DNA of 64,000 bases from Candidatus Shapirobacteria bacterium GW2011_GWF2_37_20 (lineage in GTDB: Bacteria; Patescibacteriota; Microgenomatia; UBA12405): positions 12,897-76,896 of the forward strand of contig LBTB01000004.1 of the NCBI GenBank assembly GCA_000989305.1, in the 5' to 3' direction. The position numbers and the translations under genes were made by a program. The notes under the pieces are model-generated. The model saw nothing but the letters and a program-made list of their open reading frames with translations. It did not search any database and was not told where the DNA came from. Below, in pieces: positions 30,444-39,296 of this stretch (the first letter of the stretch is position 1; every line of letters begins with the position of its first letter).

Positions 30444-31111
30444 CAGAGAGGGCGGAGGGTGCAGCAGTAATGATTAATGTAACTGCGGCACCAAATTCAG
30501 GCAAAACAGCTTTGACGGAATATTTATACAGTTATTATTTAAATAGAGGTTTACAGGTAGCGAGAGTAAAATATCCGGTTTATCGTCCGGAAGATTTTGG
30601 GGCAATTGATTATGAGGACACAGGAAAGCGGATAAATGCCTACATCAGAGAGGGTAACCCTGAAAATTGGGATGTAAGAACAGCGCAACAATTTTATGCT
30701 AAAAATAGAATATATTTTGACAAGACGATCGGAATCTGGAGAAGGGAAAAGGACGTAATAATCTCTGAGGACGGAAAATATACGAGTATTATATGGGGAC
30801 CAATTATGGATTCAAATTTGAAAAAAAAAGAAATCGAGGAATGGAATAAAGACATTATTGAACCGGATATACATTTTACTTTACGTGGTCCAAGATTGGG
30901 GGGAATTGAAGTGGTCCATAAGTTTGAAAATTCTGGAGAGTGGGAGAGGTGCAGGCAAGCTCATTTATCTATAGCAACGGATTTAGGGTGGAGAATTGTT
31001 GATTTCAATAAGGTTGATGGGGAGGAGGAGATTAAAAAAGAGACAGCTAGAGTTGCCATGGAAATTATTAATGCATCAGAACCATTATTTGAGAGGAGAA
31101 AGATAATTTAA
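30440..31111 (+). CDS. Divergent thymidylate kinase-like protein
   Basis: P-loop APNSGKT, KYP..TGKRI..Y, NR, EPD; coupled to thyX. Confidence 0.65.
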   Translation: MTERAEGAAVMINVTAAPNSGKTALTEYLYSYYLNRGLQVARVKYPVYRPEDFGAIDYEDTGKRINAYIREGNPENWDVRTAQQFYAKNRIYFDKTIGIWRREKDVIISEDGKYTSIIWGPIMDSNLKKKEIEEWNKDIIEPDIHFTLRGPRLGGIEVVHKFENSGEWERCRQAHLSIATDLGWRIVDFNKVDGEEEIKKETARVAMEIINASEPLFERRKII

Positions 31112-31302
31112 TGGCAGTAAATATTCAAGAAATTCCCAGGATTCATTGTTTTGAGGGGCCAAGAGTTGATTTAAATGATGTTTGTGGTAAATCAGATGAG
31201 TGTAAGGTGACTGAATGTTTGTGGCACAGGAAGAAGGAAAAGATATCGTCAATGTTGGGGGCGGATAATAACAGAACTGAAGCAATGCCAAAAATAAGAT
31301 AA
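31111..31302 (+). CDS. Small Cys-containing hypothetical protein
   Basis: Overlaps the preceding stop and ends 8 nt before glyA. Confidence 0.5.
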   Translation: MAVNIQEIPRIHCFEGPRVDLNDVCGKSDECKVTECLWHRKKEKISSMLGADNNRTEAMPKIR

Positions 31303-31310
31303 AATAGGCC

Positions 31311-32459
31311 ATGGACAAAATAATGGATTTGATTGCACAAGAAGAAAAATATCAAAATGAAACAATTAGGTTGATTCCAAGTGAAAATTTTACTTCGGAA
31401 AATGTTAAAAAAGCCTTGGCTTCGGATTTAACAAATAAATATGCAGAAGGATATCCCGGGAAAAGGTATTATCAGGGAAATAAAATTGTGGATGAAATTG
31501 AAAATTTAGCAATTGAAAGAGGTAAAAAATTACTGGGAGTAGAACATTTGAATGTACAAGCATATTCGGGAAGTCCGGCTAATAGTGCGGTACTGATGGC
31601 ACTGGTAGAGCCGGGAGAAAAGATTTGCGGCATGAAATTAAATGCGGGTGGACATTTGACTCACGGTCATCCAAAAATTACATTTTCCGGAAAATTTTTT
31701 AATTCAGTGCAATATGACGTGGACGTGGAAGGGAGGATTGATTATGAAAAGTTGAGAGAACTTGTTGTGGCCGAAAAACCAAAATTGATTTTTGCAGGAA
31801 CAACGGCTTACCCATGGATTCTTGATTGGGAAAAATTTGCGAAGGTTGCTGATGAGGTGGGGGCATGGTTAGTGGCTGATATTTCTCATATCGCGGGCTT
31901 AATTGTGGGGGGGGTACATCCAAGTCCGGTACCTTATGTTCATATTGTGACTTCAACAACTCACAAGAGTCTAAGGGGGCCACGAGGGGCCATAATCGGA
32001 GTGACAAAAAAGGGCTTAGATAGAGATATAGATTTGGCTAAGAAAATTGATAGAGCGGTGTTTCCCGGTTTACAGGGCGGACCACATATTAATAGTATTG
32101 CGGCAATGGCAGTGGCTTTTGAAGAGGCAAGTGGTGAAGATTTTAAAAAATATGCTGAGCAAATAGTGAAGAATGCTAAGGTTTTGGCTGATACATTAAG
32201 AGAAGGTGGTTTGAAAGTTTTCGGAACGGAGAATCATTTGATGGTGGTGGACGTTGGTTTGGAGAGGGGGAAAGAAGTAGCGGTGGAATTAGAGGAAGCG
32301 GGAATTATTGTCAATGCCAATACAATTCCCCACGACATGGGTAGTCCGTTTAAACCATCAGGAATCAGAATGGGAACACCGGCGATGACGACTAAGGGTT
32401 ACGTGGAGGCTGATTTTGTGGCTTTAGGAGTAAAAATAGCGGATATAGTAAAAAGATAA
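31311..32459 (+). CDS. glyA: Serine hydroxymethyltransferase
   Basis: LIPSENF, NKYAEGYPGKRYY, GGHLTHG, STTHKSLRGPRG, FPGLQGGP. Confidence 0.98.
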   Translation: MDKIMDLIAQEEKYQNETIRLIPSENFTSENVKKALASDLTNKYAEGYPGKRYYQGNKIVDEIENLAIERGKKLLGVEHLNVQAYSGSPANSAVLMALVEPGEKICGMKLNAGGHLTHGHPKITFSGKFFNSVQYDVDVEGRIDYEKLRELVVAEKPKLIFAGTTAYPWILDWEKFAKVADEVGAWLVADISHIAGLIVGGVHPSPVPYVHIVTSTTHKSLRGPRGAIIGVTKKGLDRDIDLAKKIDRAVFPGLQGGPHINSIAAMAVAFEEASGEDFKKYAEQIVKNAKVLADTLREGGLKVFGTENHLMVVDVGLERGKEVAVELEEAGIIVNANTIPHDMGSPFKPSGIRMGTPAMTTKGYVEADFVALGVKIADIVKR

Positions 32460-35034
32460 AACCAAAGAACTCTAAAAGTTGAGGCCAAAAAAGAATATAG
32501 ATGTTATCGTTTTGGATATTTTCAAGGTTCCAGCCATTGGCCCAATTGTTGACTTGATAGTGGTCCAAGATATTAATCTTATAGTGGTTGAAATTAACAG
32601 CAATCCAGCTTGAGTCGTAGCTTTGAGGGAGTATTAGTGAAGAAGCAGGTGAGGTTGGGTATGCTTTGTAATAGAAAATATTAGAAATTGGATAAAGATA
32701 TTGTCGGGAAAGAGGGGGGTAGGAATCCTTTTGATTTAAAGGAAAAGGATATAGGGTGATTTGGTCAATGTAATTTAGGTTTGAGGTTGAGAATGAGGTG
32801 TTATCAAAAATAAAATTTAAACCGTAATCAAAGTTGTCTGATTGGCGAGCGGGAATAAAAAACCAACTGGTGGCGGGGTTGGGGAAAATAGGTAACAAGG
32901 TTTGAAAATATTTATTTTGAGAGTTTTCAGAAACAGCACTTATCTTTAAAGGAAGGCCGGAATAATGTCGGGAAGTTATTTTGACTAGGTAATTTTGAGA
33001 AAGACTGGCGTTGGGAAAGTTGTAGGCGAAAGTCGGTTGACTGATATCGGAATGAGTAGAATTTTTATTGGCAGGATCATTGTTTATTAAAGAAAAGGAA
33101 GAGGGGGAAAAGGGTAGCTCAGATTGAAGACGGTTGGTAAAAAGATTTTGGAAAGTGGAGGGATAATTTTTATCAGTAACATAGTCACCAAGAAGCTGAT
33201 AGTTTTGGTCAATCAGAGCAAAATTAAATTTGGAGGCGGAAGGTAAATCGGAGGTTAGATATATCCTGGTGGGGGAGGATGTCTGATAGACAAAAATGTT
33301 TTTGGTTTTCTTAATTAATTTAAGAGAGGGTATGGAATCAAGCAGTTCTTTGGTGGGACGGGAAAGTTTGGCATAAATTTTGTCATCGGGGTAATAAATA
33401 TTGTTATCAAAAATGATGTATTGAATAGAATATTTGGAAAAGATATTCTCTAAAAGAATCGGATTTTTGCTTTGGATGGCGTGACTTAACTCCCAATAGT
33501 ATTGTTCATTTTCTAGATTCCAAGCATCAAAGGCCCGATCGAGAATGGGATTTTGTAGGGCATACCAAAGGAAACCAGAGCCACTGACACCCCACTTATA
33601 GTTAGTCCAACCCCAAAAGGAGCCCTGAGGCAGATTGGCGATGCGACCGGTGTGGTTTTGGGTATTAAAAAAGTTAAAAATTTCAAAATATTCGGAGGGG
33701 ATTTTTTGACGGATATCGGGAGAAAAATAATTGCCTTTAAAAGCCGGAAAGGAAAAGAAAAAGAGGGAGAGAAAAACTAAGAAACTGGATAAATTGGAAG
33801 TAATTAGGGAATATTTTATTTGACGAAGAAAGTTGATTAAAGAACGGAGACCGAAAGCCAATAAGAGAGAAAAGGTAAAAGAGGCGGGAACTAAAAATTT
33901 GGTCCACGGCGAACGAAAGATCTGATTAATTAAAGGAAGGGTGCGAAGGAGAGAATTAAATTCTTTAAATGGGCCGAGATTAGAGAGAAGGGCAACGCAA
34001 GAAAGGAGAAAAAAGAGGAGAAGTGAAGTGGAAAATAAATTAAGTTTTTTTGGACGGGAAAGAAGATAAATTAGACCAAGAATAATAAAAAAAGAGATAA
34101 AGTAGCCACAGATTAGAAGATATTGGTTAGAAAAATGAGTTGTCCAGGGGGCCATAAGCCGTTGCCCGTTACTGGAAAAATCGTAATAATAACCCCGAAG
34201 AAGAAGAAAGTCAGAAAGATTGCCACGGGATTGATTGCGGGCAAAAGTTTCATCGTTACTCATGAAATTACCGATGCCGGCTGTTGGGTTTTGAAGATTA
34301 TTTTTTAAGAAATAGAGCTGGGGAAAAAGCCAAAAAGAATTGATTAAAAAAAGTAAAAATAAAAAGAGGGAATAAGATTTTAGGGAAGATGTTTTTCGAT
34401 GAACGACAAAATGAGAGACAAAAATTAGAAAAACACAAATTAAATAAACAACAAAAATAGTTTGAACATAGAAGGAGGGAATGGCCAAAAGATTAATAAG
34501 AATTAGTTTTTTTAGATTGGGTGAAATGGGGGAGTGGAGATATTTAAAAAGGTAAAAGATTAGCCAAGGGAAAAAGCCCCAGAAGGTAGAAAAGGGTTCA
34601 AAAGCAACCCAAAAATATTGGACGGAACCAAAGTTGAGAAGATAAAACAGGGCAGAGACAAAAGAGATTAAGGAAGAGAATTTATTTTTTATAAGTAAAT
34701 GAAAGATGCCAAAAGTACCTAAAAATAGCATGGCAAAATGCCAGAGATAGCGGATAAGGCTCGTCGGGAGAAATAGGGTAAAGGGCAGAATTATTAATTG
34801 ACGAATCAGGTCGGTAGCATGAGCCATGCCACCAACAAGACCAAGACCCTGGTATTGTTGCCAGACGGCAAAGAGAGAGCGTTTAAGGTTTAGCCAGATG
34901 TTTAATTCCGGCATTAAATTGTCCCAGCCGGTGAGAAAGGTACCTGGGGTGTAATTGTTAAGACAAAGGAGACAAAGAATTATGACCAAAAAAGATTCAA
35001 AGAGGTGACGTTTAATCCACAAAAAAGGGGCCAT
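32392..35034 (-). CDS. Large multi-TM GT-C-like membrane protein (YfhO/AftD-like)
   Basis: About 12 TM segments, GWDN loop, FRSPWTKF, C-terminal QSYDSSW..VNNWANGW. Confidence 0.7.
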   Translation of the reverse strand: MAPFLWIKRHLFESFLVIILCLLCLNNYTPGTFLTGWDNLMPELNIWLNLKRSLFAVWQQYQGLGLVGGMAHATDLIRQLIILPFTLFLPTSLIRYLWHFAMLFLGTFGIFHLLIKNKFSSLISFVSALFYLLNFGSVQYFWVAFEPFSTFWGFFPWLIFYLFKYLHSPISPNLKKLILINLLAIPSFYVQTIFVVYLICVFLIFVSHFVVHRKTSSLKSYSLFLFLLFLINSFWLFPQLYFLKNNLQNPTAGIGNFMSNDETFARNQSRGNLSDFLLLRGYYYDFSSNGQRLMAPWTTHFSNQYLLICGYFISFFIILGLIYLLSRPKKLNLFSTSLLLFFLLSCVALLSNLGPFKEFNSLLRTLPLINQIFRSPWTKFLVPASFTFSLLLAFGLRSLINFLRQIKYSLITSNLSSFLVFLSLFFFSFPAFKGNYFSPDIRQKIPSEYFEIFNFFNTQNHTGRIANLPQGSFWGWTNYKWGVSGSGFLWYALQNPILDRAFDAWNLENEQYYWELSHAIQSKNPILLENIFSKYSIQYIIFDNNIYYPDDKIYAKLSRPTKELLDSIPSLKLIKKTKNIFVYQTSSPTRIYLTSDLPSASKFNFALIDQNYQLLGDYVTDKNYPSTFQNLFTNRLQSELPFSPSSFSLINNDPANKNSTHSDISQPTFAYNFPNASLSQNYLVKITSRHYSGLPLKISAVSENSQNKYFQTLLPIFPNPATSWFFIPARQSDNFDYGLNFIFDNTSFSTSNLNYIDQITLYPFPLNQKDSYPPLSRQYLYPISNIFYYKAYPTSPASSLILPQSYDSSWIAVNFNHYKINILDHYQVNNWANGWNLENIQNDNIYILFWPQLLEFFGFIFLLYPLFLLLKPQNQPPRNP

Positions 35035-35041
35035 TGATTAA

Positions 35042-35923
35042 TTATACTTGGCTTCCGACAAAAGTGCCGATTTGGGATGCGGATTGATTTTTAGTAATTC
35101 CACGGATGAAATACCAAAGGTTATAGATAAGAGAAGAGGGAAGTATGGAAATAACGATAATTTCAGCCAGGTTGATAATAATGGCTTTGAGTGAGGGTTG
35201 AAAACCATTTTTTATGGCATTAAGACGTGACTGAAGAGTTAAATAGAAAGTTTTTTTAGGGTTCAGGTGAGAGAGAGAGCTTTTAATTTGACGATAAAAA
35301 TAGAGATAGTCTTTTAAATTAGCAAAGAGACCATATTGTGACAGTCTAAAATATAAGTCAACCTCCTCAGCACTGGTTTTGGAAGCAGAATACCAAGTAA
35401 AAGATTTAGGTAAAAGAGATCGATTAATCATCATATATCCTTGCTGAACAGGAATGGCCCAGAAAAGCATATCGTTGATGCCGGTTGAAGAAATCGGGAA
35501 AGATTTAAAACCAATGATCTGATCATTTTGATCAATAATGGTGCATTGAGCGCCAACAATGACGGTTTTAGGGTTTGATTTTAAATATTTTAATTGTTTT
35601 TCAAGTCTGTCTGATGTGGAAATATCGTCGGCGTCCATACGGGCAAGATATTTGCAGCGGGCGAAGGAAATGGCAATGTTGGAAGTGGTGGAAACGCCTA
35701 AATTAAGGCGGTTACGACAGGCACGAATACGCGGATCGCGACGGGCGAAGGATTTAATTATTTTCCAGGAAGAGTCGGTAGAGGCGTCATCAATAATGAT
35801 AAATTCAAAATTTTTTAAAGTTTGATTGAGGATGGACTCGATTGACTGAACAAGATAAGGAGCGGCATTAAAAACCGGCATGTATATACTCAAAACCGGT
35901 TTTTTAATTTTATAGTTGGTCAT
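35042..35923 (-). CDS. GT2 family glycosyltransferase
   Basis: SIYMPVFN, IIIDDASTD, ARMDADD, EEVDL; the listed start 35947 lies inside the ribozyme core, so ATG 35923 is preferred. Confidence 0.9.
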   Translation of the reverse strand: MTNYKIKKPVLSIYMPVFNAAPYLVQSIESILNQTLKNFEFIIIDDASTDSSWKIIKSFARRDPRIRACRNRLNLGVSTTSNIAISFARCKYLARMDADDISTSDRLEKQLKYLKSNPKTVIVGAQCTIIDQNDQIIGFKSFPISSTGINDMLFWAIPVQQGYMMINRSLLPKSFTWYSASKTSAEEVDLYFRLSQYGLFANLKDYLYFYRQIKSSLSHLNPKKTFYLTLQSRLNAIKNGFQPSLKAIIINLAEIIVISILPSSLIYNLWYFIRGITKNQSASQIGTFVGSQV

Positions 35924-35975
35924 AGCATTTCGTCCTTTCGGACTCATCAGTATCGATACACATCGATAAATGCTA
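35923..35975 (-). ncRNA. Hammerhead ribozyme, type III
   Basis: TAGCA-T-T / TATCGAT-GTGT-ATCGATA / CTGATGA / GTCC-GAAA-GGAC / GAAA-TGCTA: full conserved core and three paired stems. Confidence 0.93.
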
Positions 35976-36002
35976 ATCTCTTTCTTCTTTCTTTCCTTGG
36001 CT

Positions 36003-36046
36003 CCCGTGGGAACTGTTCGCCTTTGGGGCTACTGGGTTCCCACGGG
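36003..36046 (-). other. Strong 3'-UTR hairpin with AGUA/GAA internal loop
   Basis: CCCGTGGGAAC-CC-AGTA-GCC-CCAAA-GGC-GAA-CA-GTTCCCACGGG; no U tract on the sense strand. Confidence 0.7.
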
Positions 36047-36069
36047 GGATTAGAGGTTTGGGGTGGCCG

Positions 36070-36942
36070 TTACGGCAGAATCACGATTCGGATGTCAGGT
36101 CTGGTTGCTAAGTAATCAGCGACCACTTTGACGTCCTTCAGACGATCGGCAACAGCCAGAGCCAAAGGGCCATGAATGTCGAAATTGCCGACTTTGATTT
36201 GATCGATAATTCGACCAAGGTCTTTGTCGCGATGCGGTATATCGTACCAGAGTACGACTTCGCCGTTGCGAATCCGAATTTGCTGTTCACCCTTGAGGTT
36301 GAAAAGGACGCCACCATTAAATATGGTATTGTTCATTTCGAACCCGTGGGAGAAAACAACAGCTTCAGTGTCGCAAGCGTTAAATCGGACGTCCAACCAG
36401 GTGTTTTCAACTGTCTGCAGTTCCAAATCGGACAACTCTTCGTTGTAGGCTTTGTTAGGAACTAACACAGAACGGTTGGTGAATGTCACCCTTTTGCCGA
36501 TATCGTAGACCGATTCGGTTTCAAGTGACAGACCAGCGTTTTCCCAAGTGACTCCATTGTCTTTAGAAACCTCGATGGTTTCGCAGGCAACGATGGGTGT
36601 TTCAACAACGGGTGCTTCGGTGGCAACAACAGGTACTTCTGTAGTGACGACTTCCGTAGCCTTAGGGGCTTCGGTAGCAACTACGATGGGCACTTCAGTT
36701 GAGCTAACAACTGGAGTTTCTGTGGCTGTGGGTGCAGTGGGAACAGTCCAGGGATGCCATAATAGCATTCCAAGAATAAACAGTCCCAGTAAAACCCACG
36801 GTAACCAACCCAAATTCCGTGAGGAATTGGTTTTTTGCTCTTTTGCGCGGTTTTCTGCGGCGATGCGATTTGCACGTCGTGTTTCTGCGCCTTTTATTCC
36901 TGCATCGTGCCGTTTCTTTTTTTGCTCAGCTTCTGTAGCCAT
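36070..36942 (-). CDS. Membrane-anchored protein: basic N-terminus, one TM, Thr/Pro/Val/Glu-rich repeats, globular C-domain
   Basis: SD AAAGGAG before ATG 36942; LGWLPWVLLGLFILGMLLW; TE(A/V/T)P repeats. Confidence 0.85.
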   Translation of the reverse strand: MATEAEQKKKRHDAGIKGAETRRANRIAAENRAKEQKTNSSRNLGWLPWVLLGLFILGMLLWHPWTVPTAPTATETPVVSSTEVPIVVATEAPKATEVVTTEVPVVATEAPVVETPIVACETIEVSKDNGVTWENAGLSLETESVYDIGKRVTFTNRSVLVPNKAYNEELSDLELQTVENTWLDVRFNACDTEAVVFSHGFEMNNTIFNGGVLFNLKGEQQIRIRNGEVVLWYDIPHRDKDLGRIIDQIKVGNFDIHGPLALAVADRLKDVKVVADYLATRPDIRIVILP

Positions 36943-37414
36943 TGTAAATCTCCTTTGATTCTTGAATAAAAACTTTTTTCTCTGATTTTCATCGGGTTCT
37001 TTGCCTGAACGGCCTCCATGACACGGCATGGGTTCTTGAGTTCTTGGAAGACTTACCTCCTTGTAGGTGTCTTATAAATTCAAGTACTCGCGCTGGGCAT
37101 AAATAAATTATACCCAAGGTGAGTACCTGAATTTTGGAAAGATTGAAGAAAGAGATTGTTAAAGAACTCTGCTTTAGCTAATCTCAGACGCGGTGTTTGA
37201 GGTAACTGCGGCAGTATTTTGATGAAAGTTTCTAATCATCAAGGGAGAAACGGAGTAAGCATGACGAGGAGCCACCCTACCCCGAGAATCTCTCCCCTGA
37301 TGATTAATCGGGGGAAGCATTAAGCTTCTATTTGTTAAAGATTAATTAAAAGTTGACTATAACAATCAACAATTAATTGTAAGGAAGTGTATCAAGAATA
37401 TGCAATAATGTCAA
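36943..37414 (-). promoter_or_regulatory. sigma70 promoter plus long structured leader with two boxA-like motifs
   Basis: TTGACA(37414-37409)-17-TACACT(37391-37386); ATCTTTAACAAA (37342-37331), GTTCTTTAACAA (37167-37156); hairpins 37233-37306 and 37077-37133. Confidence 0.7.
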
Positions 37415-37495
37415 GTTATAGGCTACTATTGGGGATAAGTTAGAGATAGGGTTAACTACAAAATCCGAGAATATTACGTATAAAATATTACGAAA

Positions 37496-38389
37496 TTATT
37501 TTAGATTATTTAGAAAATCTTTTAGGTCGGGAGCGATAGCTTCGTCGTTTAGGGTGACAGCAATATTGGCCTTAAGCCAGCGGAGAGGATCGCCGGTGGT
37601 CATCCAATCAGATTCTAAATCGGTGGCTTCGGTCAAGACAACATCGTTTGCGGCTAAAGTATTGACGGCATCGGCAAACCAAAGCTCATTATTTTTACCG
37701 GTGGATTGGGTGGTTAAAACTGGCCAAAGTTTGGCACTGTCAACAACAAAACGACCACCTTGGGCAAAGAAGGAGGGGGCTTGGTCAGCCGGTAATTTTT
37801 CGTACATTCCTGAGATACGATTTGGGTATTTGGGATCTTCTAGATATTTAGCTGAACCGTAACGGATGATTTCAATAGGACCGACATCTTTGACAGAGGC
37901 AATAACTGAGGGAGAATATTGATCAAAGGTCGAAATCATCTTTCGAAGGTAACGGCCACAATCTTTTTCGACAGTTAAATCATCACCAAACATATAGACA
38001 AAAGGGTCGTTGCCGATAAATGATTTGGCGGAGAGAAGTGGAGAGGCATTGCCGTAAGGGAGGTTGGTATCCTGAGGAATAAATTCTAAAGTTTTAAGTT
38101 TAGTCCAGATACTTTTTAGTGAATCGAGGTATTCGGTTTTATTGACGCTTTCTAAATATTTTTCTAAGTCGGAGTCGGGAGTGAAATAACTTTTAATAGT
38201 AGTTTCGCCCTCACGGTGAACAATACATAGATCAGTAATGCCGGCGGCGATGGCTTCTTCAACTAGATATTGGATATTGGGTTTGTTGATGATAGGGACG
38301 AGTTCTTTGGCATAAGCCTTAACAGTGGGAAGGAAACGGGTACCGCGGCCAGCGGCGGCGATAACGGCTTTGGTGACTTTAGTTGACAT
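37496..38389 (-). CDS. galU: UTP--glucose-1-phosphate uridylyltransferase
   Basis: KAVIAAAGRGTRFLPTVKAYAKEL, EEA..AGI, GNDPF..FGDD, EK. Confidence 0.85.
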   Translation of the reverse strand: MSTKVTKAVIAAAGRGTRFLPTVKAYAKELVPIINKPNIQYLVEEAIAAGITDLCIVHREGETTIKSYFTPDSDLEKYLESVNKTEYLDSLKSIWTKLKTLEFIPQDTNLPYGNASPLLSAKSFIGNDPFVYMFGDDLTVEKDCGRYLRKMISTFDQYSPSVIASVKDVGPIEIIRYGSAKYLEDPKYPNRISGMYEKLPADQAPSFFAQGGRFVVDSAKLWPVLTTQSTGKNNELWFADAVNTLAANDVVLTEATDLESDWMTTGDPLRWLKANIAVTLNDEAIAPDLKDFLNNLK

Positions 38390-38476
38390 ATTAGCTACAT
38401 GATAACAAATTAAAAAAATGATTCAAATTAAAAAAGGAGGAAATATTTGATAGAATAGCGGGTACAGTTTTGTAAT

Positions 38477-38549
38477 GGGCCCATAGCGTAGTTGGTAGCG
38501 CGTTCCCATGGCATGGGAAAGGTCAGGGGTTCGAGTCCCCTTGGGTCCA
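38477..38549 (+). tRNA. tRNA-Ala(GGC)
   Basis: GGGCCCA...TGGGTCC-A with G3:U70, anticodon loop AT-GGC-AT. Confidence 0.96.
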
Positions 38550-38559
38550 CAGCTGACAC

Positions 38560-38585
38560 TAATCCGTCTAATAGGCGGATTTTTT
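38560..38585 (+). terminator. Intrinsic terminator after tRNA-Ala
   Basis: AATCCGTCT-AAT-AGGCGGATTTTTT. Confidence 0.75.
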
Positions 38586-38605
38586 GATAAAATCAACTGT
38601 ATCCA

Positions 38606-38680
38606 AGGCCCATAGTGAAACGGTTATCACCAAGGTCTCCAAAACCTTTATTTGAGGTTCAAATCCTCATGGGCCTGCCA
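38606..38680 (+). tRNA. tRNA-Trp(CCA), encoded CCA
   Basis: AGGCCCA...TGGGCCT-G-CCA, anticodon loop CT-CCA-AA. Confidence 0.95.
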
Positions 38681-38683
38681 ATA

Positions 38684-39277
38684 ATGATAAAAAAAGTATT
38701 GATATTGACTGGTTTGAATCAAGAAACGACTTTGCCGATTTTAAAAATGGCTGAGGGGAAATTGAGCAAGGATTTAGGAATTGAGACAAAAATATTTAAT
38801 TCAGGATGGGAAAGTAGGAAAAACTTTGGGGAAGTGGAAGAAAGATTGTCTAAAAAAATTGATGCAGTTGACGGAGAAGTGATATTGATAGGGATAAGTG
38901 CTGGAATGGTGGTGGCATTGGTGGCAAAAAATAAATATGGAGACAAAATACCAAAAATGATCTCTCTTTGTGGGTGGAGCCGACCAAAGATTAAATTAAA
39001 CCACGAAGAGAAGGAAAAATATAAAGCTTTAGCAAAACTAAATAATGTTTTTGGGGAAGGAGTAGAGAGGTATACTAAAATATATAAAGAAATTTTACCC
39101 AAAGATTGGAAAAAAATTATGGTTTTTTGGGCGGAGAATGATGAATTAATCCCCAAAAGTTGTTGTGTACATAAGGGAATGAAGCCGGTGGAATTGAAGA
39201 TTTTGGAACATGTCTCGGGGATAGTGATAGGGTTGACCAGAACAAAAGAAATGAGGGAATTTATCGAAAAAAAGTAA
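38684..39277 (+). CDS. Alpha/beta hydrolase fold protein
   Basis: ILIGISAG nucleophile elbow, AENDELIP, EH; start refined to follow the tRNA. Confidence 0.75.
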   Translation: MIKKVLILTGLNQETTLPILKMAEGKLSKDLGIETKIFNSGWESRKNFGEVEERLSKKIDAVDGEVILIGISAGMVVALVAKNKYGDKIPKMISLCGWSRPKIKLNHEEKEKYKALAKLNNVFGEGVERYTKIYKEILPKDWKKIMVFWAENDELIPKSCCVHKGMKPVELKILEHVSGIVIGLTRTKEMREFIEKK

Positions 39278-39296
39278 ATTGTGATATATTAGGCCG

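Noticed and set aside
32392-32459. Convergent 3' overlaps (glyA with the GT-C gene, and several other pairs)
   Set aside because: Ordinary for compact genomes
36943-37029. N-terminal extension of the cassette ORF to 37029
   Set aside because: A well-spaced SD supports ATG 36942; the extension lies in the structured leader
37250-37290. HDV-like ribozyme around GGC-TCCTC-GTC in the leader, as a 5' partner of the hammerhead
   Set aside because: I could not build the nested double pseudoknot; it reads as the tip of a simple long hairpin
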